Below are positions 28,626 to 38,767 of a stretch of DNA of 59,756 nucleotides, one piece after another. The stretch is from positions 567,060-626,815 of the forward strand of contig CAZKGL010000001.1 in the NCBI GenBank assembly GCA_964552565.1. The letters are read 5' to 3'. The notes under the pieces are model-generated. The model did not search any database and was not told where the DNA came from. It saw only the letters and a program-made list of their open reading frames with translations. Within the stretch, counting starts at the first letter, position 1. Every line of letters starts with the position of its first letter. This DNA is from an uncultured Gammaproteobacteria bacterium. GTDB taxonomy: Bacteria > Patescibacteriota > Patescibacteriia > UBA9934. The position numbers were made by a program, and so were the translations under genes.

Positions 28626-29048
28626 CTATATGTCGCGTCGAAGCTGGTCCTTCTTCGACGGGGTAATGCGCGCCTCGGTTTCGTAGACAGGGGCAAGAAA
28701 AGCAACAGGGTCCGTCGGGCCTTCGGCGGTCGCGAAGATGGAGTCGAAATCGGTACTGCGCGGAACACCGTACAGCGGGATATTCCTTGCAAACGCAATG
28801 GTGTTTGCAATCGCTACGCTGGTCCGCAATGCCGTTGCCGAGCCCGGGCCGACGACGGCGACAATGCCATCGATTTCGTCCGCGCTCTGTACCATGTCCA
28901 TTATCGCTGCAAGGAACCCCTCGGGTGCGGCGTCGTATGTCTTCGCGCGCATGCCGCGCCACCCGTTGTCCGAGAGCGTGAGGTCCGTCCACTCGTAGGT
29001 AGCGAGCCCGAGGTGGTTGATGTCACTGCCGTCGATACACAGGATCAT
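28626..29048 (-). CDS. tsaB: Short TsaB-like protein
   Basis: VVGPGSATALR motif; only 140 aa. Confidence 0.7.
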   Translation of the reverse strand: MILCIDGSDINHLGLATYEWTDLTLSDNGWRGMRAKTYDAAPEGFLAAIMDMVQSADEIDGIVAVVGPGSATALRTSVAIANTIAFARNIPLYGVPRSTDFDSIFATAEGPTDPVAFLAPVYETEARITPSKKDQLRRDI

Positions 29049-29710
29049 ACGGCGCCAAGTTCGTTGGCGAGCACGATGTTCTTGCCCTCCAAGATGCTCG
29101 AAAGGAAGCGGTCGCCGACCTCGCGGCGGTAGAGGAACTCGTCCTTCGGCATGTACGTGTAGTTTACCTCCCGGCCGATGTCCTGCTCGAACGAGGCGAT
29201 AACCTGCTGGATGACGTTCACATCGATCTCGCCGACAATGAGGACGTCGGTAGCAACCTGCGGACGATCCGCGAACCGGCCCGTGAGGAGTAGGAGATCG
29301 ATGCGCCCCTTGTCCTTGAACTCATGAACAAGGCGGTTGTTCATGAGGACCGCCGCTTTCTTGAGGACCGCGCGCAGGTCTTCGAACAACGGAAAGTCGC
29401 TGTGCGCCCTGTAGTACTTCTTCTTCTCGAATTTCTGGCCTTCGGGAGCCTCCTCGGCATCCCGTTCGCTCGGGATAATCTTGCCTTCCACCTCGAGGAC
29501 CATGCCCAATTCCACGAGGTTTTTCAGCTCGCGGCGGACGGAGTTCAGCTGGGCGTCAATGCGCCGGGTCAGCTCGCGGACATAAAAGGCCCGCTCCGGA
29601 TTCTCAAGAAACAGGCTGAGAAGCCGGGCACGGGTCTTTGAACCAAAAAGCTGTTCGATGCGGAAATCGGTCACTTTTTGCGCCGCGGGCAGGTGAATCG
29701 TGCTCGGCAT
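29045..29710 (-). CDS. Winged-helix plus nucleotidyltransferase-like protein
   Basis: LFGSKTRARLL..YVRELTR..VRREL; TDVLIVG; start approximate. Confidence 0.8.
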   Translation of the reverse strand: MPSTIHLPAAQKVTDFRIEQLFGSKTRARLLSLFLENPERAFYVRELTRRIDAQLNSVRRELKNLVELGMVLEVEGKIIPSERDAEEAPEGQKFEKKKYYRAHSDFPLFEDLRAVLKKAAVLMNNRLVHEFKDKGRIDLLLLTGRFADRPQVATDVLIVGEIDVNVIQQVIASFEQDIGREVNYTYMPKDEFLYRREVGDRFLSSILEGKNIVLANELGAV

Positions 29711-29779
29711 AGTGGGTAAAATGCTTGTCGCTGGTGGAGCTTCGGCTATACTGTAACCAAAAATGTGTCCAGGAGCAAC

Positions 29780-31939
29780 ATGGTTGAACAACGGCTCACA
29801 ATCAAGGCTGCAGAGCACCAAACCCCGGGCATCGAGGGTGCGGGCGATCGTATTGCGACGGTCATGCTGCAGGTTCCTGGTGGAAAGGCGACAGTGTTCG
29901 GCCTGTTCCTGCTTCGGGATGGCCGTGAGCCCGTACGCGAGAGCGTGGCGCGCATCATCCGCAGCCACCTGGAACACGCGGCAAGCGCGATGGCGGGCGA
30001 CGCGAACATCCCGCGCCGCTTTGAGGCCGCGCTCGCCGAACTGAACGATGCGCTGCACGACGCGTCACAAGAACACGGGCTCGCGCTCGACGCGTTCGAA
30101 TCCGTGGTCGGCGTCCTCACCAACAACCAGCTGTTTGTCAGCGGCATCGGGAGCCTCCACGCCCTCTTCTTGCATAAGACGGCCGAACGCCGGTTTGCCA
30201 TCTACGAACTCAACGAACAGTTCCGCGCGGACACCGAAGCGACCTGGGAAAAGCCGTTCGTCACCGTGCTCGACGGCGAACTCCACCCGGGCGACATCTT
30301 TTACGTCGCGAACCGCGTGCCCACCTCGGCCATTGCGGTCACCGACCTCCAGGACGTCCTCATTACCCTGCCCCCGCAAGGCGCACTTGAACGGATCCAG
30401 CAATTCCTGCCCCACGACCTCGCCTACGGCGCGCTCTGTTTCCACGTCGCCGAGGACGACCGCGGCGGGCCGCCGAAAAAAACGAACCCCATCGCATCGC
30501 TCGCCCACCTCGGCCAGACGAAGAGCGATACGCAGGACCTGCTTGGCGAACAAGGGACGGACATTACCGGCATTATCCGGCGCGCCGCGGCGGCGCTTGC
30601 CGCGAAACTCTCCGCCCCGGGATCGCGCGGCTACAAGAGCCTGCTCAAGCGGACCGCGCGCGCGCTCGTGCAGCTCCTTGCCGCCATCCTTATTGCCCTC
30701 GTCGCGCTCGTGAAGCTGGTCGGACGGCTGGTGCGTACCCTTCTTGTTCGCATCCTCGACACGCAGAGCCGCAACCGCGGCACATGGACCACGGCGCTCC
30801 GCCGCCAGGTCGACCGCGTCCGCACCCTGCCGCCGGGGGCGCGCTATGTCGGGATCGGCATCGTCGCCATCGTCCTTGTCCTCATCCTGTCCGTGGGCAT
30901 CATGGGCCGGCGCAGCGCCGCCCGCGAAGAGGAAGAGACGTTCGCGACCACGGTCAGTCGTATTGAAGAAAAAACCACCGCCGCCGAAGCAAGCCTCATT
31001 TACGATGATACGAACCAGGCCCGCACGCTGCTCACCGAGGCCGCGGTCCTTTTGGAGACCCTCCCGAGCGATAGCCGGAACCACGAGTCGGAGGTCGCCC
31101 GGCTGCGCGAGGGGATCGAGGGTATCTTGGACAAGGTCCGCCGCATCGAAACCGTGACACCGAGCCTCGTCGCCGAACTCACGGACGGCAGCGGCCTGAC
31201 GGCGTTCGCGGCCGCGGACGGCGCACTGTACGGCATCACGACGCAAAACCAGCTTTACCGCATCAATGAACTCGAGCACACGGTTGAGAACCGCAACGCG
31301 ACGAGCGGAACCATCGGTACCATCGGCCTCCTCGCCAGCGAAGGGAGCAACCTTCTGTTCATCGACAGCAACCAGCGTCTCGGCCGCGCGGACGTGGCGG
31401 CGAATACCCTGAACCCGGTCACGAGCGGCGTCGACGGCCTCGCGGGCGTCGACGACATCACGGTGTACAACGATGCGCTCTACGTCCTGTCGGCCGACAG
31501 CCAACAAATTGCCAAAATGCGCCCGCAAGGCGGGAACTACGAGGCGGGGACGGACTGGATCTCGGAACGCGCGTCCGACCTGACGCTTGCGCGCGACATC
31601 GCGATCGACGGCGACCTGTACGTCCTTACGGGCACGGACGTCGTCCGCTTCAAGAGCGGGCGCGAAGTGACGTGGGACCACGAGGCGCTCGACCCGGCGC
31701 TCGGCGACCCGGTCGACCTGTGGACCGACATCGACTCGCCCTACCTCTACATGCTTGCGCGCAACGAAGGCGGCCGCATCATCGTGTACGACAAGGCGAC
31801 TGGGAAGATCGTGACACAGTACACAACGCCGGAACTCGCGAGCGCCATCGGCTTCGTGGTCCGCGAGGCGGACAACCAGATCGTCTTCGCCACGGGATCC
31901 CAAATCTGGAGCTTCTCCGCCACGCATCTCCTCAAATAG
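29780..31939 (+). CDS. Membrane protein: PP2C-like N-terminal region, TM segments, C-terminal beta-propeller
   Basis: AGGAG RBS; long ORF with normal codon bias; domain calls by resemblance only. Confidence 0.7.
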   Translation: MVEQRLTIKAAEHQTPGIEGAGDRIATVMLQVPGGKATVFGLFLLRDGREPVRESVARIIRSHLEHAASAMAGDANIPRRFEAALAELNDALHDASQEHGLALDAFESVVGVLTNNQLFVSGIGSLHALFLHKTAERRFAIYELNEQFRADTEATWEKPFVTVLDGELHPGDIFYVANRVPTSAIAVTDLQDVLITLPPQGALERIQQFLPHDLAYGALCFHVAEDDRGGPPKKTNPIASLAHLGQTKSDTQDLLGEQGTDITGIIRRAAAALAAKLSAPGSRGYKSLLKRTARALVQLLAAILIALVALVKLVGRLVRTLLVRILDTQSRNRGTWTTALRRQVDRVRTLPPGARYVGIGIVAIVLVLILSVGIMGRRSAAREEEETFATTVSRIEEKTTAAEASLIYDDTNQARTLLTEAAVLLETLPSDSRNHESEVARLREGIEGILDKVRRIETVTPSLVAELTDGSGLTAFAAADGALYGITTQNQLYRINELEHTVENRNATSGTIGTIGLLASEGSNLLFIDSNQRLGRADVAANTLNPVTSGVDGLAGVDDITVYNDALYVLSADSQQIAKMRPQGGNYEAGTDWISERASDLTLARDIAIDGDLYVLTGTDVVRFKSGREVTWDHEALDPALGDPVDLWTDIDSPYLYMLARNEGGRIIVYDKATGKIVTQYTTPELASAIGFVVREADNQIVFATGSQIWSFSATHLLK

Positions 31940-31965
31940 AAAAGGACGCCGCACGGCGTCCTTTT
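31940..31965. terminator. Bidirectional terminator
   Basis: AAAAGGACGCC-GCAC-GGCGTCCTTTT. Confidence 0.85.
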
Positions 31966-31968
31966 CCC

Positions 31969-32118
31969 TTACTTGCCGCAGGTGCAGACGCTCATCGCGT
32001 TGCTGCACCCCTCACACTTCTCTTCCACCATTGCGCCGCAGTGGCAGCTCTGCCCGGGCATCGCGCCGGACTCCATGCACTGTGAACAATCTTTGCCGCA
32101 CGTTGCACATGCACCCAT
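31969..32118 (-). CDS. 49-aa, 10-Cys metallothionein-like peptide
   Basis: MGACATCGKDCSQCMESGAMPGQSCHCGAMVEEKCEGCSNAMSVCTCGK; stop abuts the terminator; below the ORF-track cutoff. Confidence 0.7.
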   Translation of the reverse strand: MGACATCGKDCSQCMESGAMPGQSCHCGAMVEEKCEGCSNAMSVCTCGK

Positions 32119-32195
32119 AGGATTGTGGTGAAGAATGACGGGGAAAGTATACCCTAACGGCCGGGTGACGCGGAGGGGACATCACGGAGGGACGA

Positions 32196-32297
32196 GGGTG
32201 CGTCCTGAAGCGGAGACGTTTGCGCCCAGTCGTAGGCGAGCAACGCGAGCCGTCAACGACGTTGCGCAATTGCGGAGCGGAAGGATGCACCCGAGTC
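32196..32297. repeat. Rod-shaped hairpin element GGGTGCRTC...GATGCACCCGAGTC (copy 1)
   Basis: Terminal stem and a 14-nt identity shared with 52926-53044. Confidence 0.5.
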
Positions 32298-32346
32298 CTA
32301 TGCAGAAGTTTTTCTCGACCCCTCCTGGCGTCGGAGTGGTGACCAT

Positions 32347-32382
32347 GAAACAAAAACGAGCCGTGAGGCCCGTTTTTGTTTC
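32347..32382 (-). terminator. rplJL terminator
   Basis: GAAACAAAAACGAGCC-GTGA-GGCCCGTTTTTGTTTC. Confidence 0.75.
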
Positions 32383-32394
32383 GCGAATGGGAAG

Positions 32395-32799
32395 TTACTT
32401 GATCGTGACGGTCGCACCGACGGCCTCGAGCTTGGCCTTGATATCGTCGGCTTCTGCCTTCGCGGCCTTCTCCTTCACCACCTTCGGGGCGGCATCGACG
32501 AGCGCCTTGGCCTCCGTGAGACCAAGACCCGTCAACTCGCGGACGGCCTTGATGACGTTGATCTTGCTGTCGCCGGTGGCGGTCAGCTCAACATCGAACG
32601 CGGTCTTCTCTTCCGCGGCGGCGGCACCGGCAGCGGCCGGAGCGGCCATCATCATGGCCGGCGCGGCGGCCGAGACACCAAACTTCTCTTCGAGCACCTT
32701 CACGAGCTCCGAGAGGTCGAGGACCGACATCTTCTCGATCTCGCTGACGAGGGCCTGGAACTTCGCCGGGACCTCCACAGTCTTCATTTCGTCTGACAT
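32395..32799 (-). CDS. rplL: 50S ribosomal protein L7/L12
   Basis: [19 protein letters not shown]. Confidence 0.99.
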   Translation of the reverse strand: MSDEMKTVEVPAKFQALVSEIEKMSVLDLSELVKVLEEKFGVSAAAPAMMMAAPAAAGAAAAEEKTAFDVELTATGDSKINVIKAVRELTGLGLTEAKALVDAAPKVVKEKAAKAEADDIKAKLEAVGATVTIK

Positions 32800-32808
32800 A
32801 ACGTAGGG

Positions 32809-33333
32809 TTAAGCTTTCTTTTCTTTAATGGCATTCATCACGGTCACAAGACCGCGGATGTTGCCTGCGAGTACGTTGACAAAGCCACTGACCGGAGCGT
32901 TGAGGGTGCCGACGAGCTGGCCGAGGAGCTGCTGCTTGCTCGGGAGCGCAGCAAGGCGCTTCACGCCCGCCGCATCGACGACGTTGCCCTCGAGGATACC
33001 GCCGAGGAGGCTCATGGCCTCGTTCTCTTTGGTGAGATCCTTGAGGAGCTTCGCGGCCGACACCTCGTCGCTGTACGCGACGGCGGTGAGGACCGAACCC
33101 TCGAGCATGTCTTCGGAAAGGTCCGGGAGACCGGCTTCCTTGGCGGCGAGCTTGAGGAGCGACTTCTTCGCAATGAAGACGTCGACGTCGGCTTCGCGCG
33201 CCTTGGCGCGCAGCGCGTCCGCCTGGGCCATGGTGTAGCCCGAGACCGACGAGAAGGCTGCGGCCTTCATGCTCTTAAAACGGTCGGCGACCTTTGCCAC
33301 GATCTCGGCCTTTTGCGCACGAGTCTTCGGCAT
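32809..33333 (-). CDS. rplJ: 50S ribosomal protein L10
   Basis: LRAKAREA..KKSLL..RLAALPSKQQLL; upstream of rplL. Confidence 0.97.
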   Translation of the reverse strand: MPKTRAQKAEIVAKVADRFKSMKAAAFSSVSGYTMAQADALRAKAREADVDVFIAKKSLLKLAAKEAGLPDLSEDMLEGSVLTAVAYSDEVSAAKLLKDLTKENEAMSLLGGILEGNVVDAAGVKRLAALPSKQQLLGQLVGTLNAPVSGFVNVLAGNIRGLVTVMNAIKEKKA

Positions 33334-33399
33334 AGGATTGCCTTGGTAACAAATTAACGGCCCAATGGGCCGCAAACATGAGAAACCCGCGCAAGGCGG

Positions 33400-33490
33400 A
33401 TCGTCTCCTCGCCGGGACTTACACCCCCTTTGGCGGAGGCGACCCGGTGTCTGCGGATTCGATTGGTGCCCCTACGGTAGCCGACATGGA
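33400..33490 (-). promoter_or_regulatory. Probable L10 leader (autoregulatory RNA)
   Basis: Minus strand ACCGUAGG..CCGCAGAC followed by a GC stem, upstream of rplJ; resembles the L10_leader consensus; ends approximate. Confidence 0.5.
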
Positions 33491-33532
33491 CAAAAGCGTC
33501 AAGAGTGGGCTAGTATTAGCGCCGGAGGTCCC

Positions 33533-33973
33533 ATGTCCCCCTACCCCGCGATCCTCGCCGCCATCCGCGACCTGAACGAAGACTTCATCGACCAACAGAC
33601 CTGCGCCGACCGCTGTGAGGCTGCCGTCGCCGAGCTCACGCCGCGCACGCAGGACGACCCGAAGGCGAAGGCCTTCGCGCTCGCCGTGCTGTGCGTCGTG
33701 GAGAACAAGCCCGGCGACGACTCCTGGCAGGAGCTCGGCCGCGTGATGGTCGGCTTCGGCCGCGGTGAGGACGGCAAGACCGTCGGCGGCGACCCGGAGC
33801 TCCACGAGCTCCACATGGCGCTGCTGCGGCGTCGCGTGTACAGCCGCGCCTTTCACGGCGGCCTCTCCGGCCTCGGCCGCATGCTGGCCGGGCGCACCGG
33901 CTACGAGCGCATCGGCCAGGAGGGACGTGAAGAACGACGGCGCGGCCTGCGCCGTGCCACCGACCTCTCGTAG
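33533..33973 (+). CDS. Orphan protein (146 aa)
   Basis: TGGACA-18 nt-TAGTAT promoter, GGAGG RBS, high GC3. Confidence 0.75.
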   Translation: MSPYPAILAAIRDLNEDFIDQQTCADRCEAAVAELTPRTQDDPKAKAFALAVLCVVENKPGDDSWQELGRVMVGFGRGEDGKTVGGDPELHELHMALLRRRVYSRAFHGGLSGLGRMLAGRTGYERIGQEGREERRRGLRRATDLS

Positions 33974-34105
33974 TATCCGTCCGACCGCGCCCGCCACGCT
34001 CACGTCTCGAGCGCGGCGGGCTCGTCATTTTTCGCCAAGAAGGGCGATTTTTTGTTGACAAAACACCAAAAAAATGGTTGTATGGATGCGCATCCCGGAG
34101 GTTTG

Positions 34106-34465
34106 ATGTCCGCACAGCCCCTTCACGTCCCCGGTGAAGTCGACACCACGCTCGACAACAGCGTCGCCTTCTACGTCGGCTACGTCGAGCTCAACAAGAT
34201 CCTCGTGATCCGCAAGAGCGCCGATCTCGTCGCGATCCCCGGGACCGACATGCACCTGCAGTTCCGTCCCGGTGAGTCGGGCCGCGTCGACAACGGCGTG
34301 ACCGTCTACTACGCCGACGGCATCGGCAAGCGGCAGACCGAGGCGCTCAGCCACGGCATCTGGCTCAAGCACCCGCTCGGCGCGGAGCACTTCCCGCTCA
34401 CCGGCCGCGTCACCCTGCGCGTGTTCACGAGCAAGGAGGACGCCCGCCACGCGCTCACCTCGTAG
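34106..34465 (+). CDS. Orphan protein (119 aa)
   Basis: TTGACA at 34055, GGAGG RBS, high GC3. Confidence 0.75.
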   Translation: MSAQPLHVPGEVDTTLDNSVAFYVGYVELNKILVIRKSADLVAIPGTDMHLQFRPGESGRVDNGVTVYYADGIGKRQTEALSHGIWLKHPLGAEHFPLTGRVTLRVFTSKEDARHALTS

Positions 34466-34560
34466 CCCGCGTCGAGGCCGTCGACGCACGCGAACGCCCC
34501 ACCACCGTCGGGGCGTTCTGCATTTCTGGTATACTCTCCGCATCATTCTTTTCTTTTTCT

Positions 34561-35016
34561 ATGCGGAAAGTTTCTGTGCTCGCCGCGTCCGTCCTCCTGC
34601 TTGGCGCAGGATGCGCAGGGGGTGCAACGGTCGATGCGAACGATATCGACACTGACGTTTTCACGCTTCGCGTGCCGGACGTGGTGACGACCGAGGGAGA
34701 GAGCGGCGGATGGCGTTTGCAGAACTTCGAGGGAAGCGATGATCCACGCGCCGAGTACCCCGAGGATGCGTTTTTCATCGAGATCCGCGAGGACGTCTCG
34801 TACGACGACTTTGTCGCAAGCTACGAAGAGGTCGAAAAGACCGAACTCGCGGGCGAGGAGGTTTGGATGGGCCTCAACGGCACGCTCGGCGGCGAGACAT
34901 GGCCGCACGACGCGTACTACCACGAGCCGTCCGGCACGCTCATCGTGACATACTACGAAGACGTCGGCGGTGTCATTGCCGCGGAGATCGTCGTCCAAGC
35001 GATCGAATGGAAATAA
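34561..35016 (+). CDS. Small lipoprotein
   Basis: LLGAGC lipobox. Confidence 0.8.
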   Translation: MRKVSVLAASVLLLGAGCAGGATVDANDIDTDVFTLRVPDVVTTEGESGGWRLQNFEGSDDPRAEYPEDAFFIEIREDVSYDDFVASYEEVEKTELAGEEVWMGLNGTLGGETWPHDAYYHEPSGTLIVTYYEDVGGVIAAEIVVQAIEWK

Positions 35017-35054
35017 CCCGGTAGCATAAAACGCCCGTCCGGGCGTTTTATGAT

Positions 35055-36272
35055 TTACTCGTACCGCAGTGCGTCGATGGGGTCGAGTTTCGCGGCGCGT
35101 CGAGCGGGATAGACGCCGAACACGATGCCGACCGCGCTCGACACGGCGACCGCGAGGAGCACCGCGGACAACGGGACGGCCGGCGACCAGCCCGCGAGGA
35201 ATTGCCCGACGACGACGCCCTGGAGCGCCGTGACGCCGACGCCGATAAGGATGCCGAGCACGCCGCCGGCCAGCGTGAGGAACACCGATTCAAGCAGGAA
35301 CTGCGCCATGATGTCGCGCTCGGTCGCGCCGATGGCCTTGCGCAGGCCGATCTCGCGCGTCCGCTCCGTCACCGCGACAAGCATGATGTTCATGATGCCG
35401 ATGCCGCCGACGAGGAGCGAGATCGCCGCAATGGACGCGAGAAGCACGGAGAGTACCGTCCCAATCGTCCCGATGATCGCAACGGCGTCTTCCTGGCTCG
35501 AGATGATGAAGTCGTCCGGATCGTCCGCATCGAGGCCGTGCGCGTCACGCAACAGCGCCGCGGCGTCGTCTTTCGCCACATCGACGTCGCCCCCCGCGCG
35601 GAGCGCGATGTAATGCACGAAGTCATACCCGAACATGCGCTGCATCGTCGTCACGGGGACGTACATGCTCATGTCGAGGTTTTGGAAAAACTGCGTCCCC
35701 TGCTCGTCCATGACGCCGATGACGCGCAGCCGCGCGCCGTGCACCATCACGTGTTCGCCCATCGGGTCCGCTTCGCCAAACAACTCCTCGGCGATCGCCG
35801 AACCAAGCACGATAACGCGCGCCGCGCCGTCGACATCCGTGTCATCAATGAACCTCCCGTCCGCGACCGTTGCGGAAAACATATCGAGCTCGTATTCCTC
35901 GACGCCCATGACGTGGCTGTACCGCGAGACGTCGTCGACGCTGACGAGGGTGGTCGTCATGAGCGACGACGACACGACGGCGAACATGCCGCTGTCGCGC
36001 AGCAGTTCGGCGTCCTCAAGCGTGATCGTCTGTTCGATGTACGGGCTCGGCGGGCCGCCCGCGGTGTCGCCGTGGCTCGGCTCGATGAAAATCTGGTCCG
36101 CGCCGAGGTCGGACACCTGGTGCAGGATGTAGCGCTCCGCACCCTGGCCGATGGACAGCATGATGATGACGGCCGCGATACCGATGACGATGCCAAGCAC
36201 GGTAAGAAGCGAGCGCGACGGCGCGCGGCGCAATGCCTCCCATGCGGTCGTGATGAGGTCGGTCGGACGCAT
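35055..36272 (-). CDS. MacB/FtsX-family ABC permease
   Basis: [42 protein letters not shown]. Confidence 0.95.
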   Translation of the reverse strand: MRPTDLITTAWEALRRAPSRSLLTVLGIVIGIAAVIIMLSIGQGAERYILHQVSDLGADQIFIEPSHGDTAGGPPSPYIEQTITLEDAELLRDSGMFAVVSSSLMTTTLVSVDDVSRYSHVMGVEEYELDMFSATVADGRFIDDTDVDGAARVIVLGSAIAEELFGEADPMGEHVMVHGARLRVIGVMDEQGTQFFQNLDMSMYVPVTTMQRMFGYDFVHYIALRAGGDVDVAKDDAAALLRDAHGLDADDPDDFIISSQEDAVAIIGTIGTVLSVLLASIAAISLLVGGIGIMNIMLVAVTERTREIGLRKAIGATERDIMAQFLLESVFLTLAGGVLGILIGVGVTALQGVVVGQFLAGWSPAVPLSAVLLAVAVSSAVGIVFGVYPARRAAKLDPIDALRYE

Positions 36273-36273
36273 A

Positions 36274-36942
36274 CTACAAAACAATGACGCCGTCACGCAG
36301 GCGGACGGTGCGGCGGGCATACGCGGCGGCCTCGGCCTCGTGCGTCACCATGACGACGGTGCGCCCCTTCGCGTTCAGCGTGCGCAACAATTCGAGCACC
36401 TGCGCGCTCGACGCGGAGTCGAGGTTGCCGGTCGGCTCGTCCGCAAAAATGACGGACGGGTTGTTGATGAGCGCGCGGGCGATGGCGACGCGCTGCTTCT
36501 GGCCGCCGGAAAGCTTGGTCGGCACGAAGTCGGCGCGGTCGGACAGCCCGACTTCGGCAAGCGCCGCGCGGGCGCGGGTTTCGCGCTCGGCGGCAGGAAG
36601 GTCGGCGTACAGCGCGGGCAGCATGACGTTTTCGAGCGCGGTGAGTTTCGGCAACAAGTGGAACGACTGGAAAACAAATCCCACGTCGCTCCTGCGCATC
36701 GCGGCACGTGCATCTTCCGTGAGCGCACCGACGTCTTTCCCGGCAAAGCGGTATGCGCCCGACGTCGGGCGGTCGAGGAACCCGAGGATGTGCATGAGGG
36801 TGGACTTCCCGCTCCCCGACGGGCCCATGAGCGCGACGAACTCGCCGGCGTCGATGGCGAGGTCGACGCCCCGAAGCACCGGCGTCACGACGTCGCCGTT
36901 CACGTAGTCTTTTTTGAGGTCACGCACTTCGAGCAATGCCAT
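36274..36942 (-). CDS. MacB/LolD-type ABC ATPase
   Basis: [26 protein letters not shown]. Confidence 0.97.
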   Translation of the reverse strand: MALLEVRDLKKDYVNGDVVTPVLRGVDLAIDAGEFVALMGPSGSGKSTLMHILGFLDRPTSGAYRFAGKDVGALTEDARAAMRRSDVGFVFQSFHLLPKLTALENVMLPALYADLPAAERETRARAALAEVGLSDRADFVPTKLSGGQKQRVAIARALINNPSVIFADEPTGNLDSASSAQVLELLRTLNAKGRTVVMVTHEAEAAAYARRTVRLRDGVIVL

Positions 36943-36949
36943 ACGATGT

Positions 36950-37049
36950 GCCCATCCCGACGCCAGGTCCGCTGAGCGGACCGCCAGGAGGGACCCAGAA
37001 CGCTCATCGGCGTTTCTCGAGGTCCCTCGGCATGCGCCTCGGGATGGTT
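36950..37049. repeat. Palindromic intergenic element, family CCATCCYGA...CCTCGGGATGGTT (copy 2)
   Basis: Same ends as 23180-23247 with different inner hairpins. Confidence 0.65.
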
Positions 37050-37938
37050 ACTCGTTTTCAATCTTCGTTATCACCAGGTCACCCTTCTCGAGCCCTTCAC
37101 GGATGACGACCATGCCGTCATCGCCCCGCAGGCCGGTGACGACCTCGCGAGTCTCATAGCCATCGGCATTGTCCACAGGGACGCGGACCGTCGTCTTGCC
37201 GTCCTCGGTGATGACGGCGCGCGCAGGGATGAAGAGCGCATCGTAGTCTTGGGCGATGACGACCTCTGCCGTCACGCTCATGCCGCTCTTCACATCGTCC
37301 ATTGCGCCCTTGCCGTCCGCGTCCGCGACTTCGAAACTTGTCGTGACGGCATAAAGCACGACGCCTTCCACCGACATCGCGGTCGGTGCGATATCCATGA
37401 TGACGCCGGTAAAGAGCACGTCATCGATCGCGTCGACCTCCATCGTCACATCATCGCCCACGTCGAGCATGACGATGTCGTCTTCCGACACCGCGAACTC
37501 GGCGATGAATCCGTCGTACGACGGCCCTTCGACCATGGCGACGACCACGCCCGGCGCGACCAGCTCGCCCGGCGCAATGTCGATTGCGGTGACGACGCCG
37601 TCGATCGGCGAGGAAAGCGTCGCAACGTGCGTCGCCGACGTACCGTCCGGGAGCACATTCGTCACGCCCTCCAGCGTCGCGATGACTGTCCCCTTGTACA
37701 CGATGTCGCCGACCTCCACGCGGACTTCCGCCACACGACCACCGGTCGCGAAGCCGAGGCGACGGGACTGGGCGTAGGCAAGCGCGCCGGAAAGCTCCAC
37801 GGACTTGCCGACCGTGCCTTCTTCTACGGTCGCCGTGGTCATCTCCGGAGCCTTTTCCGGAGCCAGGATGATGCCGGCGATGCCAAGCGCCACAACCAGC
37901 CCAAGAATGCCCAAACCGACCTTTGATTTCTTTGTCAT
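37048..37938 (-). CDS. MacA-like periplasmic adaptor
   Basis: Lipoyl-like halves (GGRVAEVRVEVGD, SPIDGVV), GMSVTAEV, VVTGLRG. Confidence 0.9.
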   Translation of the reverse strand: MTKKSKVGLGILGLVVALGIAGIILAPEKAPEMTTATVEEGTVGKSVELSGALAYAQSRRLGFATGGRVAEVRVEVGDIVYKGTVIATLEGVTNVLPDGTSATHVATLSSPIDGVVTAIDIAPGELVAPGVVVAMVEGPSYDGFIAEFAVSEDDIVMLDVGDDVTMEVDAIDDVLFTGVIMDIAPTAMSVEGVVLYAVTTSFEVADADGKGAMDDVKSGMSVTAEVVIAQDYDALFIPARAVITEDGKTTVRVPVDNADGYETREVVTGLRGDDGMVVIREGLEKGDLVITKIENE

Positions 37939-38046
37939 AGTGCCGCTACCTTAACAGATGAGCTCCCAACCGCATAGGAGTGGGTCCCCTCCCCCGCCAT
38001 ACGAAAAAATACTTGCTAATTTTAGCCAAAAAAATCAGTCTCAGCC

Positions 38047-38075
38047 TTGACAAACCGTCAATTTTTTGCTATAGT
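38047..38075 (+). promoter_or_regulatory. Near-consensus sigma70 promoter driving the orphan array
   Basis: TTGACA-17 nt-TATAGT with TG extension. Confidence 0.85.
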
Positions 38076-38079
38076 AGAA

Positions 38080-38328
38080 AACGTACACTGCCCGTTGTTT
38101 CAGCGGGTTTCACAACCAGGAGAGAGCGCGGCACCGGCGTAGACGGGGTGCACCCCAAAGTACGGAATCACCGTACCCCACGGGGAAAGGCGGGATTGTC
38201 TCTCTTTGCAAAAAGGGCGGTAATCTCGCCTTTTGCGTTGCTCCCATGGCACTCGATTCCATCGAATGCCGCGGGAGCGGACGCATGTGCGACCGCTGAC
38301 ATCCACCCCTTCCCTCCTGGAGGATTCA
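38080..38328 (+). ncRNA. ~250-nt structured leader or ncRNA
   Basis: At least six consecutive helices between the promoter and the first GTG. Confidence 0.5.
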
Positions 38329-38649
38329 GTGAAGAATTTCACCCTGAACGACGACGGCATGCTGACCCCCCGGGCCCGCATGCTCCTCGACGAAGCAATG
38401 AACAAGATGGACGCCGTCCGGGACGGCGACGTGTGCGAGATCGCCACCGACGGCGTCGGATGGACGATCTTGCGGGACGGCTACCCCATCGAGGTGCAGG
38501 CCGCGCGCGACGCCCAGATCCTCGCGGCGACGAAGGGGGCGCTCTGCTGCTCCCTCATCCCCGATGAAGGCGTCGTCATCTTCGTCAAGGATCCCGAGCT
38601 CGATGCGGAGCTCGGGCGCTGGATCGCCAACCAGCGCATGCACGCCTAG
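38329..38649 (+). CDS. Orphan protein (106 aa, GTG start)
   Basis: GGAGG RBS, high GC3. Confidence 0.7.
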   Translation: MKNFTLNDDGMLTPRARMLLDEAMNKMDAVRDGDVCEIATDGVGWTILRDGYPIEVQAARDAQILAATKGALCCSLIPDEGVVIFVKDPELDAELGRWIANQRMHA

Positions 38650-38652
38650 CCC

Positions 38653-38737
38653 CTCGCGGAGGGAGCACGTCACACGACGCGTCTCCGCTCCCTCCGCAGG
38701 TCCCCAGAGCGCTCACGATGTGAACGCTGCGGGGACC
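38653..38737 (+). repeat. REP-like double-hairpin element (array spacer 1)
   Basis: CTCGCGGAGG..TCCCTCCGC-AG-GTCCCC-AG-..-GC-GGGGAC. Confidence 0.7.
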
Positions 38738-38767
38738 GCGTAACACTTGTTCGCGGCAGAGGTCCAC

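Noticed and set aside
28626-29048. tsaB pseudogene
   Set aside because: Start and stop are tightly coupled to the neighbouring genes and there is no frameshift trace; more likely a naturally short form
32182-32346. 54-aa minus-strand ORF (MVTTPTPGG..)
   Set aside because: Starts right at the rplL terminator with no RBS and overlaps the hairpin element; more likely non-coding
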